A stretch of 64,000 bases of DNA from Gammaproteobacteria bacterium (GCA_965227695.1 OZ245760.1:385861-449860); one strand, 5' to 3'; counted from the first letter of the stretch, positions 53,018-63,002 are shown. Notes: generated by a model from the sequence alone, not told the origin. A program made the numbers and translations.

Positions 53018-53057
53018 TTGTAACAAAGTTTTAATTAAATTCGTGAATAATTGCCAC
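53018..53057 (+). promoter_or_regulatory. Pho-box-like phased repeats upstream of phoB
   Basis: TTGTAACaaagTTTTAATtaaaTTCGTGAataaTTGCCAC contains 7-mers every 11 bp, ~80 bp upstream of the phoB ATG. Matches to the consensus are moderate. Confidence 0.45.
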
Positions 53058-53137
53058 CCTATGCACAACCTCTATTCATTTTGCCCATTATGCACTTACA
53101 ATCCGGTTTTCAATCACCAAATTCTGGCCCGCAAACC

Positions 53138-53830
53138 ATGAAAAAGCACCGAATTTTAATTGTTGAGGATGAGAAACCAATTCGCGATATGGTGTATTTT
53201 GCCCTTGATAGCGATGGCTATGAGATTGTTGAGGCGGTAGACGGAAAGCAGGCCACAGAAATGCTGGCCCAGGATTTGCCGAGTCTTATATTGATGGACT
53301 GGATGCTGCCTGATGTCTCCGGACTGGAGCTGGTACGCCGGCTTAAACGCGATGAGGTGACCAGCGATATACCGGTGATCATGCTGACGGCGAAAGCCGA
53401 AGAACGCAATAAAATTGAGGGACTTGACTCGGGAGCCGATGATTACATCACCAAGCCGTTTTCGGTCAGGGAACTGTCAGCCAGAATTCGTGCGGTAATG
53501 CGGCGCGTGGATGGGACTGAAGAAGAAAATAAACTCAGCTTTGGCAAGTTGGTACTTGACCTTGGCGCCCACCATGTAATTATTGATGAAACACCAATCG
53601 AAGTGGGGCCTACCGAGTTCAGATTGCTGGAGTTTTTTATGACGCATCCTGATAAAGTATACAGTCGTGCCCAGTTACTGGATTTTGTATGGGGGCGCAG
53701 TAAGTTTGTGGAAGAACGGACGGTCGATGTCCACATACTTCGTCTTAGAAAATTGCTGAAGCCTTATAATTGCCACAAGATGGTTCAAACAGTGCGAGGA
53801 TATGGTTACCGCTTTGTCGTTGAAAAATAA
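53138..53830 (+). CDS. phoB: phosphate regulon response regulator PhoB
   Basis: MKKHRILIVEDEKPIRDMV...MDWMLPDVSG...LTAK...DDYITKPFS, plus an OmpR-type winged helix (VDVHILRLRKLL, RGYGYRF). The internal Met30 of the tracked ORF was chosen. Confidence 0.95.
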   Translation: MKKHRILIVEDEKPIRDMVYFALDSDGYEIVEAVDGKQATEMLAQDLPSLILMDWMLPDVSGLELVRRLKRDEVTSDIPVIMLTAKAEERNKIEGLDSGADDYITKPFSVRELSARIRAVMRRVDGTEEENKLSFGKLVLDLGAHHVIIDETPIEVGPTEFRLLEFFMTHPDKVYSRAQLLDFVWGRSKFVEERTVDVHILRLRKLLKPYNCHKMVQTVRGYGYRFVVEK

Positions 53831-55152
53831 TGCGCGTTGCTTCATTTTGGATTGAGTTTCGACTGGCCGTATTAGTATTTCTGGCAAGCCTGGCGGTAGG
53901 TTATATTAGTGGACACTGGGCGTTGTCTGTCTCTGTTGGCTTATTTGCCTTTATCATCTGGCAGCTGCGTCAGATGTTATTGCTCCGGCAGTGGCTGGCC
54001 ACGGGTTCTCCACTGGATAACATTCCGAATCTGCATGGTTCTGCCTATCAGATTATTAGCCATATCTGTGAGATAAAGAAACTTCACCAGCACGAGCATC
54101 AAAATCTGGAAAGCCTGTTAATGCGCTTTGATGCGGCAACTCGCGCCATGCCCGATGCCATGCTCACCATTGACAGCGCGCAAACGATTGAATGGGCCAA
54201 TCCTGCCGCCAGGACCTTGCTTAATATCGATCCAAAAAATGATATTGGCCAGCGTGTTAACAATATTGTCCGCGACCCTGAGATTACCCGTTACCTGCAG
54301 GAGGGTGATTTCCAGCACCCGCTGGAATTTTCATCCTCTGGCAGTGCTGAAAAAGATCTTATGATGCGTGTCGTATTGTATGCCGATGGAAAAAAACTGC
54401 TTATTGTGCATGATCAGGGCGATATTATGCGCCTGCAAAACATCCGAAAAGCCTTTGTCTCGAACGCATCACATGAGATGAGGACACCTTTGACCGTCAT
54501 TATTGGTTATCTTGAAGCTTTGTCTTTGCGCGAAGAGCTGTCAGGCATAACCCGGCGGGGAGTGACAGGTGCACTGGAACAGGCTCAGCGTCTGAAGGAT
54601 CTGATTGAAGACTTGCTGTCATTGTCACGTCTTGAGAGCTTGCCACTGAATAAGTCGGATATGGAGACGATTAACATCAGCATGCTCGTTCGCGAGGGAA
54701 TTGAGCTGGTTAAATCTTCAGATATCTACAAGCAGCAGCAGTTTAGTGTTGAGCTGGACGCGAATGTTGACGTGTGTGGCGATTACCGTGAATTACAAAG
54801 TGCGGTGCAGAATATCCTGGATAATGCTGTCAAGTATTCGCCTGCAGGTACCACGATACAGGTCAACTGGCACCGGTTGGGCGAAGGAGGATCTGTACTC
54901 AGTATTATCGATAGTGGCGAGGGAATAGAAGAATCGCATATTCCCCGTCTGACTGAGCGTTTTTATCGTATAGATACCGGTCGATCACGCGATATGGGAG
55001 GGACCGGGCTCGGCCTGTCTATTGTCAAACATGTGATGGAGCGGCACGGTGGTGAATTACGCATCCGTAGTCGCAAAGGGGCAGGGACAAGGGTAGAGCT
55101 ATATTTCCCTGCAAGCGATAATGAATATGCAGAACAAAGGGTTAGCGCATAA
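53830..55152 (+). CDS. phoR: phosphate regulon sensor histidine kinase PhoR
   Basis: Two N-terminal TM helices, a PAS region, H-box FVSNASHEMRTPLT, and N/G boxes (NAVKYSP, DSGEGI, GTGLGLSIVKH). The ATG overlaps the phoB TAA. Confidence 0.93.
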   Translation: MRVASFWIEFRLAVLVFLASLAVGYISGHWALSVSVGLFAFIIWQLRQMLLLRQWLATGSPLDNIPNLHGSAYQIISHICEIKKLHQHEHQNLESLLMRFDAATRAMPDAMLTIDSAQTIEWANPAARTLLNIDPKNDIGQRVNNIVRDPEITRYLQEGDFQHPLEFSSSGSAEKDLMMRVVLYADGKKLLIVHDQGDIMRLQNIRKAFVSNASHEMRTPLTVIIGYLEALSLREELSGITRRGVTGALEQAQRLKDLIEDLLSLSRLESLPLNKSDMETINISMLVREGIELVKSSDIYKQQQFSVELDANVDVCGDYRELQSAVQNILDNAVKYSPAGTTIQVNWHRLGEGGSVLSIIDSGEGIEESHIPRLTERFYRIDTGRSRDMGGTGLGLSIVKHVMERHGGELRIRSRKGAGTRVELYFPASDNEYAEQRVSA

Positions 55153-55162
55153 TAAAGACCGG

Positions 55163-55191
55163 GTGTAATACAATTGTAACAATTAAGTAAT
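55163..55191 (+). promoter_or_regulatory. Pho box upstream of pstS
   Basis: GTGTAATacaaTTGTAACaattAAGTAAT is in 11-bp phase. A TAAAGT -10 candidate lies 10 bp after the second repeat. Confidence 0.5.
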
Positions 55192-55248
55192 AAAGTGCAG
55201 CCACCGTTTCAAACAGGCCATCACAAGCGGCCAATATTAGGAGAATCA

Positions 55249-56223
55249 ATGAATTTTAAGTACATAACTGTAGCGTTAACAACGTGGGTTGCAGTTTCAG
55301 CAAATATGGTGTCTGCCGAGCCAAAAGTCGATGCCGGGCTCAAGGATTATTCCGTAGCCAGTGGGGTCGCCGGCAATTTTTCAAGCGTAGGTTCAGATAC
55401 GCTGGCCAACTTAATGACACTGTGGGCTGAAGACTATAAGCGCTATTACCCTAATGTGAATATCCAGATTCAGGCGGCGGGATCATCCACTGCCCCGCCG
55501 GCATTGACCGAGGGGACTTCCAATCTGGGACCCATGAGCCGCAAAATGAAGGACAAGGAAATTGCGGCATTCGAAGAGAAATACGGGTACAAACCGACTG
55601 CGGTCCCGGTAGCAATCGATGCTCTGGCTGTATTTGCACATAAGGATAATCCTATCGAGGGTCTTTCCATTGAGCAGGTCGATGCCATCTTCTCAAGTAA
55701 TCGCAAATGCGGTGGCAGGGACAGTATCAATACATGGGGTGATCTTGGCCTCACTGGTGAGTGGGCACGTAAAGATATCCAGCTGTTCGGTCGAAACTCT
55801 GTATCGGGAACCTATGGATACTTTAAAAAGAAAGCACTATGCAAGGGCGATTTCAAATCCAATGTTAACGAGCAGCCAGGATCTGCATCGGTCGTACAGT
55901 CAGTAACCCAGTCATTAAACGGCATCGGTTATTCTGGTATTGGTTATACAACAACGGGTGTGCGCGCATTGCCGCTGGCGAAAGGCAATTCGACAGATTA
56001 TGTGGAAGCATCACCGGAAACCGCAATATCAGGTAAATATCCACTTGCCCGGTTCCTGTATGTATACGTCAATAAGCATCCAAACAAACCACTTTCACCA
56101 CTGGAAGGTGAATTTCTTAAAATGGTGCTGTCCAAGGTCGGGCAGAAAGTGGTCGTGAAAGATGGTTACATTCCGTTACCGGCGAAAGTTGCGGAAAAAA
56201 CTCTGCAGTCTTTAGGCATGTAG
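55249..56223 (+). CDS. pstS: phosphate ABC transporter substrate-binding protein PstS
   Basis: Has a signal peptide and the motifs [20 protein letters not shown] and GTYGYF. The ATG follows the Shine-Dalgarno AGGAGA. The tracked GTG at 55195 was rejected. Confidence 0.92.
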   Translation: MNFKYITVALTTWVAVSANMVSAEPKVDAGLKDYSVASGVAGNFSSVGSDTLANLMTLWAEDYKRYYPNVNIQIQAAGSSTAPPALTEGTSNLGPMSRKMKDKEIAAFEEKYGYKPTAVPVAIDALAVFAHKDNPIEGLSIEQVDAIFSSNRKCGGRDSINTWGDLGLTGEWARKDIQLFGRNSVSGTYGYFKKKALCKGDFKSNVNEQPGSASVVQSVTQSLNGIGYSGIGYTTTGVRALPLAKGNSTDYVEASPETAISGKYPLARFLYVYVNKHPNKPLSPLEGEFLKMVLSKVGQKVVVKDGYIPLPAKVAEKTLQSLGM

Positions 56224-56254
56224 TTGAACGCAAAGTAATCAATAGTCACTGTCG

Positions 56255-56289
56255 GAAAGCCCTATAGATTTTTATAGGGCTTTCTTTTT
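56255..56289 (+). terminator. rho-independent terminator/attenuator after pstS
   Basis: A 12-bp perfect stem GAAAGCCCTATA/TATAGGGCTTTC with a 6-nt loop, then T5. Confidence 0.8.
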
Positions 56290-56343
56290 GTCTAATGGTG
56301 ACCTGGTTCTTGTATAATCCGGTGCCACGATAGCCTTAGTAGA

Positions 56344-58611
56344 TTGAAAATGGATTCTTTAAAACTGTCACAAGACTCTCCAAGCAGACAACGTCAGTGG
56401 AAGATACGAAAAGCCGTTGATATTATTGCCCGGCGTATTGTCGAGATCGGTGGTATTAGTGTCATTGCAGCCATTGCCCTTATTTTCCTTTTTTTACTAA
56501 GTGTCGTTTACCCGCTGTTTGGCTCTGCCTCTATTGAACACGCGTATGAATACCCTGTTCCGGGAACAAAACAGGGCCAGAATAGTGAGACGCTGTATCT
56601 GGCAGTGGAAGAACAGGCCGAAATCGCATTGCGCGTGACCCGGGCTGGTGAATTATTGTTTTTTGACGTTACCAATGGAAAGATCATCATAAGTCGCAGT
56701 CTGCCGATCGACAGTGACAATCAAATCACATCATTTCAGGTCGTTGATGAGCCATCAGGGCTTCTCTCTGTCGGATTGAATTCAGGAGAAGTCATTTTTT
56801 TCCAGCACCAGTATGAACTGGAGTTCACCGAAACAGAACGGATTATTCACCCAAAAGTCATCTACCCTTATGGTGAGAACGCTTTCAGGGTAAGTGAGCA
56901 TCCCTTGCTCGAATATGGTATTGGGGCAAATGAAAATTCCTTATCAATACTGTTTAGAAATGACGGCCGAATTACCCTTCAGTCGTTCATAAAAGAAACA
57001 TCGTTTCTTGATGAAAGCGTCACATTGGAATTGGGTGACCGCTCTGAAATCGCCATGGCTGAACCCCTGGTGGGGCTACTGGTCGATCCCGAGCAGGAAT
57101 GGGCGTATGCGCTCAATCAGGGTGGCAACCTGTCGGTGTTTAATATTCGCGCCGGGGCTCTTGATCTGGCAGAACGAGTGCAGGTGACCGGACATGACGC
57201 CCGTCCCACAATTATCCAGTTTTTAACCGGGGGTATCTCGCTGCTGATTGGTGATAGTCAGGGTGTTTTGTCACAGTGGTTTCAGGTGCGCAGTGAGGGC
57301 CAGCTACCATTTCGGCTGACCAAGATTCGCGAGATGAGAATTGATAACTCACCCGTCGCAACCCTCGCGACTGAACAATTACGCAAAGGTGTCATTGCCG
57401 CCAGTCAGGCCGGGACGGTAAAGTTGCTATACACGACAAGCGAACGTGACTTATTGTCTGTGTCTGCCAGCGATAGTGCGATTGTGAATCTGGCCATAGC
57501 ACCACGTGCAGATATTTTGATTGCCGAAGACCGAAGTCGACAGCTCAAAGCCTGGTATGTGGATAATCAGCATCCGGAATCTTCGATGTCTTCATTGTGG
57601 GGTAAGGTATGGTATGAAGACTACATTGAACCTGATTATGTCTGGCAGTCTTCATCTGCAAGCAGCGACTTTGAGCCAAAATTCAGTCTCGTGCCGTTGA
57701 CTTTCGGGACATTAAAAGCCGCGTTCTATGCCATGCTGTTTGCCATGCCACTGGCGATCTGTGGTGCCATCTTTACAGCCTATTTTATGGCGCCTTCCAT
57801 GCGCAGAATTGTCAAGCCGAGTATTGAGATTATGGAAGCACTGCCCACGGTGATCCTGGGTTTCCTGGCAGGGCTATGGCTGGCCCCTTTTGTTGAGAAG
57901 CATATGCCAGGGGTATTTAGCCTATTCATTCTGATGCCGATTGGCATCGTACTTTTATCATTAATCTGGTGGAATATGCCTCCCTCCGTGCGTCGAATAA
58001 TTCCGGAGGGCTGGCAGGCGGCTGCGTTAATCATTCCGATTATTGTAATTGCCCTGTTATGTATTCAGGTATCACCCTACCTTGAGATGTGGTTATTCGG
58101 AGGTGATATACGTATATGGATGAGCGAAGAGCTGGGCATAGGGTTTGACCAGCGCAATGCATTAATAATAGGGATCGCAATGGGGTTTGCCGTCATCCCA
58201 ACGATTTTCTCAATCGCAGAAGATGCCATATTCAGTGTCCCCAAACACCTGACGGCAGGATCCCTGGCACTGGGCGCCACCCCGTGGCAAACCCTGGTAA
58301 GGGTCGTCCTGTTATCCGCGTCTCCCGGAATATTCTCCGCAGTGATGATTGGGTTTGGTCGCGCTGTCGGAGAGACCATGATCGTACTTATGGCCACCGG
58401 CAACACGCCGGTCATGGATTTCAGTATTTTTCAGGGTATGCGTACCTTATCCGCCAATATCGCCGTAGAGTTGCCTGAATCCGAGGTCGACAGTACCCAT
58501 TACCGGATACTGTTTCTGGCCGCCCTGGTACTGTTTATTTTCACTTTTTTCTTTAATACGGTGGCTGAAATTGTTCGCCAGCGGCTAAGAAAGAAATACA
58601 GTAGTTTATAG
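56344..58611 (+). CDS. pstC: phosphate ABC transporter permease PstC, long form with a ~400-aa extracytoplasmic N-terminal domain
   Basis: The C-terminal ~300 aa is a typical PstC core (the EAA-like loop GSLALGATPWQT and LMATGNTP). The N-terminal region has one TM helix and then a large beta-rich domain. The start is TTG 56344 or ATG 56350. Confidence 0.88.
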   Translation: MKMDSLKLSQDSPSRQRQWKIRKAVDIIARRIVEIGGISVIAAIALIFLFLLSVVYPLFGSASIEHAYEYPVPGTKQGQNSETLYLAVEEQAEIALRVTRAGELLFFDVTNGKIIISRSLPIDSDNQITSFQVVDEPSGLLSVGLNSGEVIFFQHQYELEFTETERIIHPKVIYPYGENAFRVSEHPLLEYGIGANENSLSILFRNDGRITLQSFIKETSFLDESVTLELGDRSEIAMAEPLVGLLVDPEQEWAYALNQGGNLSVFNIRAGALDLAERVQVTGHDARPTIIQFLTGGISLLIGDSQGVLSQWFQVRSEGQLPFRLTKIREMRIDNSPVATLATEQLRKGVIAASQAGTVKLLYTTSERDLLSVSASDSAIVNLAIAPRADILIAEDRSRQLKAWYVDNQHPESSMSSLWGKVWYEDYIEPDYVWQSSSASSDFEPKFSLVPLTFGTLKAAFYAMLFAMPLAICGAIFTAYFMAPSMRRIVKPSIEIMEALPTVILGFLAGLWLAPFVEKHMPGVFSLFILMPIGIVLLSLIWWNMPPSVRRIIPEGWQAAALIIPIIVIALLCIQVSPYLEMWLFGGDIRIWMSEELGIGFDQRNALIIGIAMGFAVIPTIFSIAEDAIFSVPKHLTAGSLALGATPWQTLVRVVLLSASPGIFSAVMIGFGRAVGETMIVLMATGNTPVMDFSIFQGMRTLSANIAVELPESEVDSTHYRILFLAALVLFIFTFFFNTVAEIVRQRLRKKYSSL

Positions 58612-58616
58612 TTTTT

Positions 58617-60281
58617 ATGAATACAGAAAAGTTAGGCTTTTTAAAAAGCGGTACACCATGGGTATGGTTAAACGCGGGCGCAGTATCCATCAGCATGGTC
58701 ATGGTGATCGGGTTGCTAATCCTCATTGCCGTGAGAGGGCTGGGTCATTTTTGGCCAAAAACGATCTGGCAAATTGATTATCAGGAGGGTGATCAACAGG
58801 TCGTACTATTGGGTGAAAGAGCGAAAGTTGAAACTGTTGCCGCCAAACAGCTGATAGATTCCGGGGTACACGATGAGTTTGACGATGAGTTTGTAGAAAG
58901 AACTCTTTTGAAAATTGGTAATCGTGATCTCTATGGTGTGGATTTCAAACTGATTATCGCCCCTGGTGAAACACAATCGCATAAACCTGACGATGTGATT
59001 GTGTTTGAAAGGATGCAGTGGGGAAATTTTTATGGCTTCTTGCAGGCTATTGAGGAAAATCAAACCCCGCTTGCTATTGCTTCTGATCAGCAATGGCCAA
59101 CATTGAAAACAAGACTCGCGCGGGTGGACGAGTTAAGAGAGCGGATTCATAAGATAGAAAAATATCATATCGGAAAAATTAATTATCAAATAGAAAAGCT
59201 GCGACTAAAAGAACGCAAGATAGAACTCGCAGGCCTGCAGGATGCCAGTGCCACACAACGTATTGAACAGGAGCGCAAACAGCTGGATGCTGACTATCAA
59301 TTGCTAAAAGGAGAACTCGAAAAGCTATATTCGCAAATCTCCAGGGACAGGGTATTGATGCGCACTGCAGATGGTGTTGAAAAATATATTAATCTGTCTG
59401 ATGTTGTCAAAGCCACAAAGCCCAATGCCATGGGTCTCTTTGAAAAGGTCTTGCGCTATTTTATTAACTTCAAGGATTTCATTACCGAAGATCCAAGAGA
59501 AGCAAATACTGAAGGGGGTATCTTTCCTGCAATATTTGGGACAGTCATGATGGTGTTGCTTATGTCAATTATAGTGACGCCTTTTGGCGTGATTGCAGCG
59601 ATCTATCTGCGTGAATATGCAAAACAGGGCTTTGTCACACGACTGGTACGAATATCAGTAAACAACCTGGCGGGTGTTCCCTCTATTGTTTATGGTGTGT
59701 TTGGTCTTGGTTTTTTTGTATATTTTTTAGGTGGAAATATCGATCAGCTATTTTATCCTGAGGCATTGCCCTCTCCCACCTTTGGCTCAGGCGGGTTATT
59801 GTGGGCGTCATTAACTTTGGCATTATTAACCGTTCCTGTCGTGATCGTGGCAACGGAAGAAGGGCTTGCCCGAATTCCCAGTTCAGTCAGGGAAGGATCA
59901 CTGGCATTAGGCGCGACCAAAGCCGAGACCCTGTGGAGAACTGTGTTACCGATGTCCAGCCCCGCCATGATGACCGGACTGATTTTAGCCGTCGCCCGGG
60001 CAGCCGGTGAAGTCGCCCCTCTGATGCTGGTAGGTGCGGTTAAACTGGCACCTTCGTTGCCGGTGGATTTGAATGCTCCATTCGTGCACCTGGAAAGAAA
60101 GTTTATGCATCTCGGATTTCATATTTACGACGTTGGTTTTCAAAGCCCGAATGTCGAGGCGGCCCGGCCACTGGTTTATGCAACAGCACTGATACTGGTC
60201 CTGGTAATTATTTTATTAAATTTGTCGGCGATCTATATCCGTAATCACTTGCGTGAAAAGTATCGAACGATGGAACATTAA
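58617..60281 (+). CDS. pstA: phosphate ABC transporter permease PstA, long form with a coiled-coil insert
   Basis: PstA core (EGSLALGATKAETLWRTVLP, ARAAGEVAPLM) preceded by a ~270-aa domain that includes a heptad-rich segment. Confidence 0.88.
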   Translation: MNTEKLGFLKSGTPWVWLNAGAVSISMVMVIGLLILIAVRGLGHFWPKTIWQIDYQEGDQQVVLLGERAKVETVAAKQLIDSGVHDEFDDEFVERTLLKIGNRDLYGVDFKLIIAPGETQSHKPDDVIVFERMQWGNFYGFLQAIEENQTPLAIASDQQWPTLKTRLARVDELRERIHKIEKYHIGKINYQIEKLRLKERKIELAGLQDASATQRIEQERKQLDADYQLLKGELEKLYSQISRDRVLMRTADGVEKYINLSDVVKATKPNAMGLFEKVLRYFINFKDFITEDPREANTEGGIFPAIFGTVMMVLLMSIIVTPFGVIAAIYLREYAKQGFVTRLVRISVNNLAGVPSIVYGVFGLGFFVYFLGGNIDQLFYPEALPSPTFGSGGLLWASLTLALLTVPVVIVATEEGLARIPSSVREGSLALGATKAETLWRTVLPMSSPAMMTGLILAVARAAGEVAPLMLVGAVKLAPSLPVDLNAPFVHLERKFMHLGFHIYDVGFQSPNVEAARPLVYATALILVLVIILLNLSAIYIRNHLREKYRTMEH

Positions 60282-60309
60282 GCATGTCTAAACCAAAAGT
60301 AATTCTGTT

Positions 60310-61134
60310 ATGAATATTGATACCCCTCCTGTTTCCGGTCAGATTTTACAGGGCAAAAGCTCCCAGAACCTTGAAGATGAAGAAGTCTGTATGGAGTGTG
60401 TCGACTTCTCTCTTTATTATGGAGAAAAACAGGCACTGTTTAAAATCAACATTAAAATCCCATCCAAGCGGGTAACCGCTTTTATTGGTCCCAGTGGGTG
60501 CGGCAAATCCACTCTGTTACGTTGCATGAATCGCATGAACGACCTGGTTGATAGTGTCAGGCTGGAGGGCACATTGTTGCTGGGCGGTGAAGATATATAT
60601 GATCGTCGGGTTAACGTGACGGATTTACGCCGGCGGGTGGGTATGGTTTTTCAAAAGCCCAATCCTTTCCCTAAATCCATTTTTGAGAATGTGGCCTATG
60701 GTCTTCGCCTGCAGGGGGTTTCGAACAAGCGGGAAATAGAAGATCGTGTTGAATGGTCACTTAAACGCGCAGCGTTATGGGAAGAGGTAGGTGGCCGACT
60801 GCAAGAAAATGCGTTTGCTCTTTCGGGAGGGCAGCAACAGCGGCTGGTGATTGCCAGGGCGATTGCCATACAGCCTGAAGTATTATTACTGGATGAGCCA
60901 GCATCAGCACTTGATCCTATCTCAACATTAAAGATAGAAGAGCTTATTTTTGAGCTCAAATCACAATACACAGTTGCAATTGTGACGCATAATATGCAAC
61001 AGGCCGCGCGAGTATCTGACTATACAGCCTTTATGTACTTGGGTGAGCTTATAGAATTTGATGCCACTGACCGGCTATTCACCAATCCGGGTGAAAAGAA
61101 AACCGAAGATTACATCACCGGTCGCTACGGATAA
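60310..61134 (+). CDS. pstB: phosphate ABC transporter ATP-binding protein PstB
   Basis: Walker [10 protein letters not shown], signature LSGGQQQR, Walker B LLLDEP, and the C-terminal [10 protein letters not shown] typical of PstB. Confidence 0.97.
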   Translation: MNIDTPPVSGQILQGKSSQNLEDEEVCMECVDFSLYYGEKQALFKINIKIPSKRVTAFIGPSGCGKSTLLRCMNRMNDLVDSVRLEGTLLLGGEDIYDRRVNVTDLRRRVGMVFQKPNPFPKSIFENVAYGLRLQGVSNKREIEDRVEWSLKRAALWEEVGGRLQENAFALSGGQQQRLVIARAIAIQPEVLLLDEPASALDPISTLKIEELIFELKSQYTVAIVTHNMQQAARVSDYTAFMYLGELIEFDATDRLFTNPGEKKTEDYITGRYG

Positions 61135-61218
61135 GGGCGCAGGAGATCTTGCTAACGTATATACAAAGCATGCAAATGTATATACAATATAGTAAGTAGA
61201 ACTAGAGGAAAGCATGCC

Positions 61219-61938
61219 ATGACTACCCATAATGCTGGACAACACATACTTCATCAATTTGATGATGACCTGGCCACCACCCGAAACAAAGTGCTTAGTA
61301 TGGGTGGATTAGTGGAAAAACAGGTTGAGAATAGCCTGATGGCCCTCGTCAACTCGGACAGTCATCTCGCCGAGCAAGTGGCGATGAGTGATTACCAGGT
61401 CAATGCAATGGAAGTCTCGATTGACGAGGAATGTAATCATATCATCGCACTGCGCCAGCCCGCGGCCAGTGATTTACGTCTAGTGGTTGCGATCATCAAA
61501 ACCATTACTGATCTGGAAAGAATTGGTGATGAAGCAGAAAAAATCGGACGCTATGCTGTTGATCTGGCCACAGAGGAGCGCAACGAAACTTACTTTGCCG
61601 AGTTAAAACTGCTCGGTGATCAGGTGAAGAAAATTTTACGTGATTCTCTGGATGCATTTGCGCGAATGGATGTCGCCAGTGCTTTTGAAACCGCAGCACG
61701 CGACAAACAGATTAACAGGGAATATGATGCCATTACGCGTAAACTGATAAAGTCCATGACGCAGGACCGTGAGTCAGTTGAGCGAGGACTTAAAGTGATG
61801 TGGTGCGCCAGGGCCCTGGAGCGTATCGGCGACCACGCAAAAAATATTTGTGAGTATGTAATTTTTACCGTCGAGGGCAAAGATGTTCGTCATACAAGTT
61901 TTGGTCAGGCCCTGAAAGAGTTTGAACAAAAGACCTGA
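61219..61938 (+). CDS. phoU: phosphate signalling regulator PhoU
   Basis: Two PhoU repeats with DLERIGDEAEKI and ALERIGDHAKNI. Confidence 0.95.
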   Translation: MTTHNAGQHILHQFDDDLATTRNKVLSMGGLVEKQVENSLMALVNSDSHLAEQVAMSDYQVNAMEVSIDEECNHIIALRQPAASDLRLVVAIIKTITDLERIGDEAEKIGRYAVDLATEERNETYFAELKLLGDQVKKILRDSLDAFARMDVASAFETAARDKQINREYDAITRKLIKSMTQDRESVERGLKVMWCARALERIGDHAKNICEYVIFTVEGKDVRHTSFGQALKEFEQKT

Positions 61939-61965
61939 TCGGATGGCTCTGATTTCACCCTGCGC

Positions 61966-62001
61966 AAAAAAAGCCCCATTGGAAACAGTGGGGCTTTTTT
62001 A
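61966..62001. terminator. rho-independent terminator after phoU, possibly bidirectional
   Basis: Stem AGCCCCA/TGGGGCT is flanked by A7 upstream and T6 downstream. It could also terminate the convergent mini-ORF. Confidence 0.8.
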
Positions 62002-62020
62002 TTTGTAATGCTTGTACCAT

Positions 62021-62098
62021 TTAAAATGCGATTGCCATCACCAGTGCGATTAGTACAACAGCAACGCCAACAATTAATGCAGCAACATCATAGTTCAT
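62021..62098 (-). CDS. 25-aa hydrophobic mini-protein (candidate small membrane protein)
   Basis: Below the ORF-track cutoff. Reads ATG...TAA and encodes MNYDVAALIVGVAVVLIALVMAIAF. GGAG lies 7 nt upstream of the ATG, and the terminator hairpin is just downstream. Confidence 0.4.
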   Translation of the reverse strand: MNYDVAALIVGVAVVLIALVMAIAF

Positions 62099-62222
62099 GG
62101 GAACTCCAGTAAGTTGTAGATTAAGCTTAGTATTATTATGTGGTTGTGATTATATTGGCTAAAAGAGATCCATACAACAGTCAGGCAATCAGGACCAGTA
62201 AAATTGTTAACACTATGATTTT

Positions 62223-63002
62223 CTAGCCATTTTTGAAACGTGCCGGCTTAATATCGAGATTTTCTATGAATTGGCGCGTGACGCCAAGCTTCTCTGCTGT
62301 CATCACACGAATTGCCGTCAGCGTATATTCGGGATATTCATCTGCCAGTGAACTGGCAACCTCATAACACCTTGAGGCAAGCATTTTGTCATCTTCCAGG
62401 CCAGCTTCAGTGGCAAGTTTTTTAATCACTACGTTCTCGGTTTTATCACTGACCTTTTTATTCTCATTGTTCCTGGCAACGGGCTTGGACTGGGTACTTG
62501 TTGCACTGGCAGGCTTGATTTGCGGTGGAGGCGGAGTAACTTTGACAGCAGGTTTTTTGGCGGCAGGAGACTGCTTAGGGCTGGCTTGATCAGTTTTGGG
62601 CTGGTCCATAACAGGTACAGGTTCGTTTTCGCCCAGCTCCAGCACTTTCCACAGATGCTCCATTACCTGAATGGCACTGAGTGTCGCAGTTGCGGTTAAG
62701 CCCTTGGGAATGGCTGACACGATAATTCTGACATGAATCAGCATCGATAAACGATGCCACTGAACCGATCCCGTTTTGGCTTTTTTATATAACGAAGTTA
62801 AAACTTTTATGTCATTCAAGTCACCATGCTCGGGCGCAAATTCCTTTTCGACAAGTCCTTCAACTTTTGCAAGCAATTGATGCAGATCGACATAACTGCT
62901 TTCGTCATATTTACGGTATTCATCAAAACGAACTGCCCAGTCAATGGAATACAGTTCGTTGGTAAGCGGGCTGTTTTCTAGATTATTGTTATCCATAGCC
63001 AT
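62223..63002 (-). CDS. hypothetical protein, paralog B, with an internal Pro/Lys/Ala-rich linker and an HTH-like C-terminus
   Basis: 259-aa ORF lying 3 nt downstream of paralog A. It shares N-terminal and C-terminal blocks with A. I recognise no family. Confidence 0.6.
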   Translation of the reverse strand: MAMDNNNLENSPLTNELYSIDWAVRFDEYRKYDESSYVDLHQLLAKVEGLVEKEFAPEHGDLNDIKVLTSLYKKAKTGSVQWHRLSMLIHVRIIVSAIPKGLTATATLSAIQVMEHLWKVLELGENEPVPVMDQPKTDQASPKQSPAAKKPAVKVTPPPPQIKPASATSTQSKPVARNNENKKVSDKTENVVIKKLATEAGLEDDKMLASRCYEVASSLADEYPEYTLTAIRVMTAEKLGVTRQFIENLDIKPARFKNG

